From a virus (lineage: Duplodnaviria > Caudoviricetes), in IMG/VR virus record IMGVR_UViG_3300020598_000119: a stretch of 64,000 nucleotides of DNA; one strand, 5' to 3'. The translations under genes were made by a program, and so were the position numbers. Below, in pieces: positions 47,973 to 56,328 of the stretch (the first letter of the stretch is position 1; every line of letters begins with the position of its first letter). Below the pieces are notes generated by a model that saw only the letters and a program-made list of their open reading frames with translations, had not been told where the DNA came from and ran no database searches.

Positions 47973-48128
47973 ATGCAAAGAAATGAGGCTTCGGCAGGAC
48001 GTAAATCGGGTGAAAAGCTCGTTCGTGCATGTCCAGTTAGTGTTCTAAAACAGCCAGTTAGGAAGTTTGAAGATACATTTAGCGCCGAGAATGTCGTTCT
48101 TGAGAAATTCTTCTCGCGCAACATATGA
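47973..48128 (+). CDS. Small 51-aa ORF inside the tRNA array
   Basis: SD GAGGAG 6 nt before ATG; MQRNEASAG...EKFFSRNI. Confidence 0.4.
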   Translation: MQRNEASAGRKSGEKLVRACPVSVLKQPVRKFEDTFSAENVVLEKFFSRNI

Positions 48129-48154
48129 TCTATGACATTTGAATGTCGATAATT

Positions 48155-48229
48155 GCGGGTATAACTCAGTGGTAGAGTGTCACCTTGCCAAGGTGAAAGT
48201 CGAGAGTTCGAATCTCTTTGCCCGCTCCA
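48155..48229 (+). tRNA. tRNA-Gly(GCC)
   Basis: TCACC-TTGCCAA-GGTGA; U73; CCA. Confidence 0.94.
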
Positions 48230-48290
48230 CGAATTGCCTTCCGAACTGGTCCTTGACGGGCGGCGATTTGAGAAACAACATCAGGACTAT

Positions 48291-48366
48291 GGGGAATTAG
48301 CTCAGCTGGGAGAGCGCGTGCTTTGCAAGCATGAGGTCATCGGTTCGAACCCGATATTCTCCACCA
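48291..48366 (+). tRNA. tRNA-Ala(TGC)
   Basis: G3:U70; CGTGC-TTTGCAA-GCATG; CCA. Confidence 0.94.
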
Positions 48367-48487
48367 GAATTTGTAGCTCATTAATGGGCGAGGGAGCGAC
48401 ATGCCTTAAGGGCGGCTCAACGTAATTATGCGAGGAATCTATCAGGTACGCCGGAGAAAGTTCCACGGTTGGGGGCAGATTACAAAT

Positions 48488-48561
48488 GCGGGTGTAGCTC
48501 AATGGTAGAGCAGTAGCCTTCCAAGCTGATGACGAGGGTTCGATTCCCTTCACCCGCTCCA
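48488..48561 (+). tRNA. tRNA-Gly(TCC)
   Basis: TAGC-CTTCCAA-GCTG; U73; CCA. Confidence 0.93.
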
Positions 48562-48602
48562 TCTAATTCACTGAATTTGACGTTTAAATACGTCATACGA
48601 AA

Positions 48603-48678
48603 CGCGGAATAGAGCAGTGGTAGCTCGTCGGGGTCATGACCCGAAGGTCGCAGGGTTCGATTCCCTCTTCCGCAACCA
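48603..48678 (+). tRNA. Initiator-type tRNA-fMet(CAT), variant 1
   Basis: C1:A72 mismatch; TCGGG-GTCATGA-CCCGA; bulged T stem. Confidence 0.82.
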
Positions 48679-48833
48679 ATGTCGGCCTCAGCCGAGTGTC
48701 GACATCTTTCTCTCCCGTGAGGGGTGCGAGATGCCCTCTAATTATCAAAGGGCTACCGTGCTCAGAATGGCCTAGACTTTCGGGGCGTGGAGAGTAACGT
48801 CTACAGAATTTGCCGGAAAGGCAGTCAAGTTAT

Positions 48834-48911
48834 CGCGGAGTGGAGCAGCCAGGTCAGCTCGCTAGGCTCATAACCTTGAGGTCATCGGTTCGAATCCGAT
48901 CTCCGCAACCA
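48834..48911 (+). tRNA. Initiator-type tRNA-fMet(CAT), variant 2
   Basis: C1:A72; GAGC/GCTC D stem; CTAGG-CTCATAA-CCTTG. Confidence 0.85.
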
Positions 48912-49110
48912 GCTTGGGAAATCGCGAGTAAAGTAGCCCTGCGGCGGTTCGAAACGTTTGCGCAGTGTGTGAAATGATAAGCGGTTTCCCATCCTTAAAG
49001 AAGATGGCGCATTGATTGCGACGTCGACAAACAGCGGCATTCGTTGCCGTGTAGAGGCCCGTAATGATCACCACGGATGTACTGGGATCAATCAGGCCTC
49101 GAACCCTTTT

Positions 49111-49187
49111 GGCGGGATAGAGCAGCCAGGTAGCTCGTCAGGTTCATAACCTGAAGGCCGTAGGTTCAAATCCTACTCCCGCAACCA
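49111..49187 (+). tRNA. Initiator-type tRNA-fMet(CAT), variant 3
   Basis: G1:A72 mismatch; TCAGG-TTCATAA-CCTGA; GTTCAAATC. Confidence 0.87.
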
Positions 49188-49216
49188 GTAAGATGCGAGA
49201 AAACATCAAGAAATTC

Positions 49217-49312
49217 ACTGCCGGATGCTCCAACTGGGTTGGGGAGAATCCATAATATGACCTGGGCGCGGCCTGTCGGTCACAAGGTAGGTTCGATTCC
49301 TGCACGGCGGTA
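49217..49312 (+). ncRNA. tRNA-like RNA without a canonical anticodon arm
   Basis: ACTGCCG/CGGCGGT acceptor-like stem, long D-like hairpin, long extra hairpin, T arm GTAGG-TTCGATT-CCTGC; no CCA. Confidence 0.5.
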
Positions 49313-49329
49313 AAGTCATTCACTCATAT

Positions 49330-49405
<76 letters not shown>

Positions 49406-49621
49406 TATTCCGCGATGAAGCGCCACTATCGGCGATCTCGCATCATTTCTGTCGAAGGCCCAATCGATGGGCAGCCACCAGAGGATTCCGTGAGGAACTC
49501 GGCCGATGAAATCTAGCCCCTCACCAGGGCGGCGAGATCATCAAATGGTCAGTGGGGTGGAAGGTAGCGAAAAAGGAGCTGTGGTGGCTCTTGGTGCAAA
49601 TCCCGCTCGGCAGGCCAATTC

Positions 49622-49696
49622 GGGTTCGTAGTTTAGTGGTAGAACATCGCCTTGACATGGCGAAGGTCGCAAGTTCGATCCTTGCCGAACCCACCA
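49622..49696 (+). tRNA. tRNA-Val(GAC)
   Basis: TCGCC-TTGACAT-GGCGA; CCA. Confidence 0.93.
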
Positions 49697-49712
49697 CGAA
49701 GTTTAACAGTTT

Positions 49713-49787
49713 GCGCGCATAGCTCAGTGGTAGAGCACTCCGCTGATAACGGAGAGGTCGGAAGTTCAACCCTTCCTGCACGCACCA
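49713..49787 (+). tRNA. tRNA-Ile(GAT) copy 1
   Basis: CTCCG-CTGATAA-CGGAG; CCA. Confidence 0.92.
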
Positions 49788-49795
49788 GAATTGAT

Positions 49796-49870
49796 GTCAG
49801 TGTAGCTCAGCGGGAGAGCGCGCGCTTGATAAGCGTGATGTCGCAAGTTCGATCCTTGCCATTGACACCA
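49796..49870 (+). tRNA. tRNA-Ile(GAT) copy 2 (divergent body)
   Basis: CGCGC-TTGATAA-GCGTG; CCA. Confidence 0.9.
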
Positions 49871-49884
49871 GTTATCATAGTTTT

Positions 49885-49960
49885 GGCAGTATAGCTCAGT
49901 TGGTAGAGCGGCGGACTCATAAGCCGTAGGTCGATAGTTCAATCCTATCTACTGCCACCA
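49885..49960 (+). tRNA. Elongator tRNA-Met(CAT) (Ile2 not excluded)
   Basis: Paired G1:C72; GCGGA-CTCATAA-GCCGT; CCA. Confidence 0.85.
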
Positions 49961-49987
49961 AAACATCGTTTCCATTAATGTTGAGAT

Positions 49988-50062
49988 GCTGCAGTAACTC
50001 AGTGGTAGAGTACCTTCTTGGTAAGGAGGAAGCCGAGAGTTCGATCCTCTCCTGCAGCACCA
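49988..50062 (+). tRNA. tRNA-Thr(GGT)
   Basis: CCTTC-TTGGTAA-GGAGG; CCA. Confidence 0.93.
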
Positions 50063-50253
50063 CATTACAAAACCTCCTATTTTCTTCAATTAGTTATTAA
50101 TTGGGTTGTGACCCTAATCCGCAGTGGCGACTGCAGGGCATCATTGGATGCCTGAGTTAACGGAGGTTTTTCTCCTGTTTTATCGGCCCAATATGGGTTT
50201 GGTGAAATACGATTGTTCTCAAAGCACCGACTGGCAAACAAAGCCATAACTTC

Positions 50254-50283
50254 AAAAAGGCGAGCATAGCGCCCGCCTTTTTT
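50254..50283 (+). terminator. Terminator of the tRNA array
   Basis: AAAAAGGCGAGC-ATAGC-GCCCGCCTTTTT. Confidence 0.7.
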
Positions 50284-50356
50284 CTTATCAAAAGGATGGT
50301 GGTGTAGCTCGCGTGAGAATATGCCATCCTGTCTCTACAAACGTAGAGGAGGTGTC

Positions 50357-50881
50357 ATGCAAGTTGATAGAAGCAAACCATATTTCGAGGTTGATTATCC
50401 GCGCAAAGTACGGATTACCCACTATCCGAGTGGCGATACATGCCTGCGCCATCCTTGGATGATCGGAAAAGACAGCAAGAAGTGGGAGGAAAAGCTAAGA
50501 GCATTCTTCGAAAAACACTCAGATGTCAAAGTGATGGCCAACTCGCGAGGACAGCTTATTGGCAACGTCGATGATTTCCCAATTCAAGGTGCATCGTTTA
50601 AGGTTGGCGATGTGGTCATACTGAAGCACGATGAATTCGGCGAATATGCAGAAGAAATTGTGGAGGTTGTTCCAACCAAACAGCCGCTCTTGGATTTCGG
50701 CGATTTTCACGAACATTATGTTCTAGAAAGTGGCGACGAGGTCTATTGGAGTGACGGTAGCGACACCTGGATGTCGACTTCTAAGAACTCAAATAGTCAG
50801 AGAGTGCGCAAGCAAAGAGAAGGCGATCCAACCGAAACCTTGGAAGACCTTTTAAACGCACGGAATTCTTTCCGCATTTAA
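50357..50881 (+). CDS. Hypothetical protein
   Basis: SD GGAGG before MQVD; ends NSFRI. Confidence 0.7.
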   Translation: MQVDRSKPYFEVDYPRKVRITHYPSGDTCLRHPWMIGKDSKKWEEKLRAFFEKHSDVKVMANSRGQLIGNVDDFPIQGASFKVGDVVILKHDEFGEYAEEIVEVVPTKQPLLDFGDFHEHYVLESGDEVYWSDGSDTWMSTSKNSNSQRVRKQREGDPTETLEDLLNARNSFRI

Positions 50882-50911
50882 GAGATCAGGCGAGCTTCAA
50901 GCTGGCCATCG

Positions 50912-51778
50912 CTACGCGAGCTTTCGGCAGTTTGATAATTCAGGCTGCCTAACATCAAAAAGTAGCTCACCTGTAGGTCCGTGAATTTCCAGTAACCTGT
51001 CATTACCGCTTTCCGCTTGCGCGTACTTCAATCGTTTTCCATTCAGCTTCAACAACCAGCCATCATTTCTGTATTTATCGCCATCTAGGTCATTCATCGG
51101 GTCGGAGACGGCAAAGGTTTCCAACATCTTGCGGCCATCGTCAGTGAAACTGTGACCAGCCTTGTTGAGATAATCGGCAACAAACACTCGAAGGAAGATG
51201 GGATCAAATGCACGTCTGCCGAAACCAGGGCTTTCAACATTCGCAGACATCAAACACAAGGCCGCCTCAGCCGTCATCCCGCTCTTATAGACTCGCTTTT
51301 GGGTCAATGCGTCGAACACATCCGCAATAGCGGTCAAACGAGCAGAAACTGGGATATTCTCGCCCTTTAGGCCATGATAGCCAAAGCCGTCATAGCGCTC
51401 ATGATGGTATTTTGCGACGTCTCTCCAAATCTGGGGCGCATCGTCGCCGAGCAAAACGCTTCCGTCCGATGCATGCCGCTGCATGATCGTTCGTTCACTG
51501 TCGTCCAGCTTTCCTGATTTGTTCAAAACCGCATCTGGGGTCGCCAGTTTGCCGATGTCGTGCCAACGAGCTGCATCGTTCAAAGTGGCCACGAAATCGA
51601 CATCAAAACCCACCGCATCAGCCAACGCCGTTGCAACGCGCGCAACACCCTCTGAATGCAGCTTCACGTCCTTGCGGAAAGACGATTCACGCGCCTCAAG
51701 CCAGGTCAAACGATCTGCAAAGGAAATCCCACGAGGGATTTCTCGCATAAGCGCGGTAATATTCGACGTTGTCGACAT
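50912..51778 (-). CDS. HD-GYP family phosphodiesterase
   Basis: HSEGVA, HDIGK, HHERYDGFGY, IADVFDALT.KR.YK. Confidence 0.9.
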   Translation of the reverse strand: MSTTSNITALMREIPRGISFADRLTWLEARESSFRKDVKLHSEGVARVATALADAVGFDVDFVATLNDAARWHDIGKLATPDAVLNKSGKLDDSERTIMQRHASDGSVLLGDDAPQIWRDVAKYHHERYDGFGYHGLKGENIPVSARLTAIADVFDALTQKRVYKSGMTAEAALCLMSANVESPGFGRRAFDPIFLRVFVADYLNKAGHSFTDDGRKMLETFAVSDPMNDLDGDKYRNDGWLLKLNGKRLKYAQAESGNDRLLEIHGPTGELLFDVRQPELSNCRKLA

Positions 51779-51891
51779 GAGCTAAACTCCACCATTCGAA
51801 TTCAATGGTGAGGAGCGCTCACGAATGGCACAAACAAAAAGGGCGCTTCCAACCAGGACGCGCCCTTGCAATCCTCGAATTTCAGGTGCGG

Positions 51892-52545
51892 TCAGATACG
51901 AACGCGACGACGAGTTCCAGTAACATAATCGACGTCGAACGTGGCTCCACGTTGCAAGATCATCAGAGGCGCATGCATCGGATAACTTGCAGACAGACCC
52001 CACTTCTCGCGATATTGTGTAGGCGTCATATTCAATGACTTGAGGTGGGCGGCCAAGTCTTTCACCTTCCTACCGTCCTCAAGACACACAATCGACTTCA
52101 TGGAAATCGTTTCTTCGAGAGACGTCACATTCTTCGGCAGTTCGTGCCCATTGATCATGGGGCGGAGCTTCCGAGCACGCCCGCGAGGACGTGGCGCGGG
52201 TTGGACAGCAGGCGCTGGAGCGATCTCTCGCGGTCTTGGCGATACAGGAGCAGCAGAAGGGGTCTGAACAGGCGTTACCCTTGAGACCGCAATCCCCTCA
52301 GAAGCCAAAAACCGCCTGAATTCAATTTCAGCTGCATCAATGACCGTTTCCGAACTGTCCGATGCCCTGTTTGCAAGTTCAAAAGCATTGTCAGCTTTTG
52401 AAAGGATTTCCATACTCAATGAAGCGAGGGAATCATCACTCACATTGTTGCGAGACTTGTAAGCATCCAAAAATCTGAGTGTCGCACCCACAACCTGCTG
52501 ATTAGTAGGTTTTAAATTCCATGAGCCGATATGAAGCCCAGCCAT
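51892..52545 (-). CDS. MucR/Ros family regulator with extended N-terminus
   Basis: IVCLEDGRKVKDL..HL...MTP.QYREKWGL...YPM.AP. Confidence 0.85.
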   Translation of the reverse strand: MAGLHIGSWNLKPTNQQVVGATLRFLDAYKSRNNVSDDSLASLSMEILSKADNAFELANRASDSSETVIDAAEIEFRRFLASEGIAVSRVTPVQTPSAAPVSPRPREIAPAPAVQPAPRPRGRARKLRPMINGHELPKNVTSLEETISMKSIVCLEDGRKVKDLAAHLKSLNMTPTQYREKWGLSASYPMHAPLMILQRGATFDVDYVTGTRRRVRI

Positions 52546-52678
52546 CTAAGCCTCCTAAGTGATTTAGATCTCTATTGCATTTTGCTCGGTGGACATCAAG
52601 CAAAATCGCCGGCGTTTGGCAATGAGCGTTATCAAGTTATCCTTATCCATGAGTACGAAACCCTAGAGGCAAAACCAG

Positions 52679-53662
52679 ATGTCCCACGACACGAACGATA
52701 CCAGCGCTCAGATTTTGCCTGAAGCCGATATCATGCAGCTTCCTTTTACCGATTTATATATGACTATGAGCGAAGCTCATATGCACGTTCCGACCAGATT
52801 TCGACCGGACCCAACTAAGGTCAAAGAAGCCGGGAATTACATTGTTCCGAGGAAATATCAGCCTGCGATTAACAAAATTCGCAATATGATCAGGGAAAGA
52901 GAGGAGGACGATGGCACTGTTCAATACAGCGCGCTCCGTCTCAGATACTCTCGATTTAAGGCAGCTGAAGACATGGAATGGGCCGCTGTTCGCGCCGTTC
53001 CATTGGACCTTCCTGACCTCGATCACTTAAGAATTAATGCAAATCTGCTGAAAGATATCCAGGGATGGGGCAGGCAGCGGGGATTGGTTCTGGTTGGCGG
53101 AAGAACTGGCGACGGGAAAACCACTACCTCCGTAGCAGCACTAAAATATTATCTGGAGAAATTCGGCGGCTTGGCAATTACCTGCGAAGATCCCGTCGAA
53201 TACCAGCTTCAGGGCGCTATTTCTGAAAAGGGATATTGCCTCCAAACTGAAATTAAAAACGAGGAAGATTGGGCTAAGAGCATTCGAGGGATTATGCGCC
53301 GCCGTCCGGAATATATCTTGATAGGTGAAGTCCGCTCTCCTGAGGCTGCAGAACAATTGCTTAAAGCAGTAACAAGCGGACACCTTGTCTTCGCTACCAT
53401 TCATGCAGCTTCGGCGGCCGACACCGTTCAGGCAATCCTCCATCTCGCTGAAAACAAGCTCGGTCCCGTGGCAAGGAGCATTCTTGGCGACCGACTTGTT
53501 GGCATTCTTCACCAGACTCTCCGAACTGACGGCCCGCATATCGATGCAGTCATACCAAATCAGCACAATAAGGAACAGATAAAGGCAATTATTGTAAACG
53601 GAGAAGTAGGAAGCCTGAACGACAATCATGTCACTACATTCAAGCCTGTTCCTATTAGGTAA
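52679..53662 (+). CDS. DotB/TraJ (PilT-like) secretion ATPase
   Basis: GRTGDGKTT, EDPVE, MRRRP.YILIGEVR, SGHLVFATIHA. Confidence 0.85.
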   Translation: MSHDTNDTSAQILPEADIMQLPFTDLYMTMSEAHMHVPTRFRPDPTKVKEAGNYIVPRKYQPAINKIRNMIREREEDDGTVQYSALRLRYSRFKAAEDMEWAAVRAVPLDLPDLDHLRINANLLKDIQGWGRQRGLVLVGGRTGDGKTTTSVAALKYYLEKFGGLAITCEDPVEYQLQGAISEKGYCLQTEIKNEEDWAKSIRGIMRRRPEYILIGEVRSPEAAEQLLKAVTSGHLVFATIHAASAADTVQAILHLAENKLGPVARSILGDRLVGILHQTLRTDGPHIDAVIPNQHNKEQIKAIIVNGEVGSLNDNHVTTFKPVPIR

Positions 53663-53736
53663 ATTTCTGTTTGACATTCTCAATGTGCTCAGGCAGGAAT
53701 AAAGTCATCCCTCTTGCGGGATAAAGGGTAGAACAA

Positions 53737-53841
53737 ATGAGCGCAATGCAGATCAATTCGGTCGGGATTTATGATGGCGGGACAGCGATGCTCCCGGCAG
53801 GTGAATTCCTGCGCTCTGATTTGGAATACTCTTTTGGTTGA
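53737..53841 (+). CDS. Possible 34-aa leader ORF upstream of the HNH gene
   Basis: Downstream of TTGACA; MSAMQINSVG...EYSFG; followed by alternative hairpins over the HNH RBS. Confidence 0.35.
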   Translation: MSAMQINSVGIYDGGTAMLPAGEFLRSDLEYSFG

Positions 53842-53927
53842 AGGGACATCGTCCGGTTCGGCCAACTAGCCGGACAAAATGCTAAATTCTTGGTGTTCTC
53901 CGGCTACAGATTTTTACGGGGAATATC

Positions 53928-54488
53928 ATGATCTACGAAAACAGTTATCCTGCCTTACTTTTGAACGCCGATTTCAGCCCTATCAGCATCTTCCCTCTGA
54001 AGACGCTGACGTGGCAGGAGGCAATTCGCGGCCTGTTCCTGAACAAGCTCGTGCGCGTGGCAGAGTATGACGTCGAGGTCAAAAGCCCCACTTCATCCGT
54101 TCGCCTGCCAAGTGTCGTAGCCCTTACGCAGTACAAAAAGGTTCCGCATTGCGTCGCGTTTTCCAGAACCAATATCTGGCTGCGCGATCATGGTCGGTGC
54201 GTATACTGCAACAAGGACCTGACGACAGCCGAACTGACGTTCGACCACGTGATGCCAAAGTCGCGTGGTGGCGACACGAGCTGGGAGAACATTGTTTGCG
54301 CTTGCACTCCATGCAACCTGCGCAAGGCGAACAGGACTCCAAAGGAAAGCAAGATGTTTCCTGATCCGACGCCACGCAAGCCAAATCAGTTTGAACTGGC
54401 TCGCAACGCAAAGAAGCTCATCAGGAGCAGCCCAGCACCCAAAGATTGGGTCGATTTCCTCTACTGGGAATCAGAGCTGGAGCGGTAA
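53928..54488 (+). CDS. HNH endonuclease (McrA-like)
   Basis: LLLNAD..P, RD...C.YC, TFDHVMP.SRGG...WENIV.AC..CN. Confidence 0.93.
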   Translation: MIYENSYPALLLNADFSPISIFPLKTLTWQEAIRGLFLNKLVRVAEYDVEVKSPTSSVRLPSVVALTQYKKVPHCVAFSRTNIWLRDHGRCVYCNKDLTTAELTFDHVMPKSRGGDTSWENIVCACTPCNLRKANRTPKESKMFPDPTPRKPNQFELARNAKKLIRSSPAPKDWVDFLYWESELER

Positions 54489-54493
54489 AATAG

Positions 54494-54519
54494 AGAAGCC
54501 CCCAATTGGGGGCTTTTTC
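54494..54519. terminator. Bidirectional terminator
   Basis: AAGCCCCC-AATT-GGGGGCTTTTT. Confidence 0.8.
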
Positions 54520-54524
54520 ATTTT

Positions 54525-55091
54525 CTAGAGCAAGGGCATTCGCTTCGGAGTGGAAGGGGTATTCAGCAACCGCCCCAGCTCTTCCAAGCGCCGATTCACA
54601 TCCTCATCGGTTGAAAACTCGGGCGTAGAAACTGGCGCACCGCGAACGACAGCACGGCGCTGTGTCGCAACGCTCTGTGCTTGAGCAGGTGCAGCAGCAC
54701 GAGGAGCCATCTCGACTGGCTGGCGGCGCGGTTCAGAGAAACCTGGAAGGTTGATTTCGGAACCAAGAGCCACAACTCGATCTACCATCTGAGCATCTGA
54801 CTGAGCAAACTCACGGGTGGCTGCATCTAGGGCAGACATCATGGTCTGAACATCGTGTTCAAGGCGCTGATTGACCTGCTGCAGATGACGGATTTGTTCC
54901 GTCGCCGTCTTGTATTTGGTGTTCACTTCTCGAAGCTGTACCAAGGCAGCATCTCGCTCCTCGCGAGTCTTGGTGATCTGCGTAACCGCCGCCGTCAGAT
55001 AGGACAAAATCTTCTCACGCTCTTTTTGGCCGTTCTGAAGAACGGTATTCAGCGTCTGGACGAAACGGTTGGTGTTATTGCTGACGGTCAT
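54525..55091 (-). CDS. Coiled-coil hypothetical protein
   Basis: SD AAGGAG; heptad repeats. Confidence 0.7.
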   Translation of the reverse strand: MTVSNNTNRFVQTLNTVLQNGQKEREKILSYLTAAVTQITKTREERDAALVQLREVNTKYKTATEQIRHLQQVNQRLEHDVQTMMSALDAATREFAQSDAQMVDRVVALGSEINLPGFSEPRRQPVEMAPRAAAPAQAQSVATQRRAVVRGAPVSTPEFSTDEDVNRRLEELGRLLNTPSTPKRMPLL

Positions 55092-55100
55092 TATGGCTCC

Positions 55101-55559
55101 TTAATTAAGACTGTCTTCGATGAGATTGAGAAAAGAGATCGATTTAGGCGATGTCAGATTTGGATGATTTCCAACTTCAGAACCTGAATTTGAAGCAAGC
55201 AGAAATGACTCCAAACGAGTTTCGAGAGAAAGTTCGCTTTCACCTGGAAATTTGAGGGTAAGTACCTTGACTAGGCCTTCATGAAGTTCTGCATATTTAC
55301 GTTGAAGACTATTCAGCTGAGCCGACAAATTCTGGACTTCGAGTTCGGCTGAAGAACGGAGTGTTCGCTCCTCAATCAGCTCCTTAGTCGCCTTGTGAAG
55401 TTTCTCTGAAACACCGTCAATGGCCTCGGACATTCTCTCGGCCGAGCTTCGACGAATTTCCAATAATTTGGACATCGCAGCCTTAGCAGCATCAGAAGAC
55501 TGCTCAGCTGGAATTTTTTGGCTAACAAGCGGTTGCTCGATTAAGAGAGCGCGAGACAT
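55101..55559 (-). CDS. Coiled-coil hypothetical protein
   Basis: ORF 55101..55595; probable start MSRALL. Confidence 0.6.
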   Translation of the reverse strand: MSRALLIEQPLVSQKIPAEQSSDAAKAAMSKLLEIRRSSAERMSEAIDGVSEKLHKATKELIEERTLRSSAELEVQNLSAQLNSLQRKYAELHEGLVKVLTLKFPGESELSLETRLESFLLASNSGSEVGNHPNLTSPKSISFLNLIEDSLN

Positions 55560-55611
55560 TGAAGGTTCCTTTTCACCCTTTAATTGTTCACACAAACTAA
55601 AGTGGAGTCAA

Positions 55612-56328
55612 CTAATTTTGCTGGAAAATTCCCCAGACAGAATCTTTAATTCCAGAGATAAATTTCTGGTGGGCCGCCAATTCCGAAAGGGTCGGCTGGA
55701 TGGCCCCACGAGATGGGCGGAAAATCCGATTATGGCTTACACTAGAAGTGATTGCTTCAATCTCCGTGGCCTCCTCGGCGACGTCGAGATTTAGCTTATC
55801 CAGGCCCATAAGCTTGACATAAACGCGAGCCAGCAAAGTGGCATCGATCAATGCGCCGTGGAGTGTACGATCAGTGTTATCCACACCATAGCGAAGGCAG
55901 AGATGATCGAGCGAAGCCTTTTTGCCTGGCTCCTTTTCACGAGCAACGCGCAGCGAGTCGATAATCTCGTTCTGAATTGGCTTCAGGGAGAGGCGGGCAC
56001 ACTCTTCATTCAAAAAGCCCATATCGAACGACGCGTTATGGATAACCAAGGGAGCGTCGCCGATAAATTCAAAGAAATCATGATAGATATCCCTAAAACG
56101 AGGGGCATCCTTCAGCATTTCATCTGAAATCCCGTGAACCGCAAATGCGTCAGGGTGAACTTGGCGAGGATATGGGTTTAAATATGTGTGATAACGGCGA
56201 CCCGACTCTAGATTGCCGATAACCTCAACCGCACCAATTTCAATGACTCGATCTCCATCCTGATAGCTAAGGCCAGTTGTTTCCGTATCTAAAGCGATGA
56301 ATCGCTTTTGCGGCGCTTGAGACATCAT
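55612..56328 (-). CDS. dnaQ: DNA polymerase III epsilon subunit
   Basis: LDTETTG, HNASFD, HGALIDA, C-terminal EL.AH..F...W. Confidence 0.93.
   Translation of the reverse strand: MMSQAPQKRFIALDTETTGLSYQDGDRVIEIGAVEVIGNLESGRRYHTYLNPYPRQVHPDAFAVHGISDEMLKDAPRFRDIYHDFFEFIGDAPLVIHNASFDMGFLNEECARLSLKPIQNEIIDSLRVAREKEPGKKASLDHLCLRYGVDNTDRTLHGALIDATLLARVYVKLMGLDKLNLDVAEEATEIEAITSSVSHNRIFRPSRGAIQPTLSELAAHQKFISGIKDSVWGIFQQN

Noticed and set aside
48679-48833. Spacer containing GGGGCGTGGAGAGTAACGTCTAC, reminiscent of an IS200/IS605 omegaRNA or a tmRNA 5' end
   Set aside because: No tnpB/tnpA nearby, no tmRNA acceptor/T-arm partner or tag frame; resemblance too weak without a covariance search, although the spacer does contain hairpins.
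49217-49312. Possible tRNA-Sec (length, long D stem and extra arm)
   Set aside because: No TCA anticodon arm and no sel genes in the window.
49545-49618. GGTGCAAATCC and GGAAGGTAGC resembling a cobalamin riboswitch or SRP RNA
   Set aside because: The B12-box and SRP helix-8 contexts are missing; kept only as an unidentified structured RNA.
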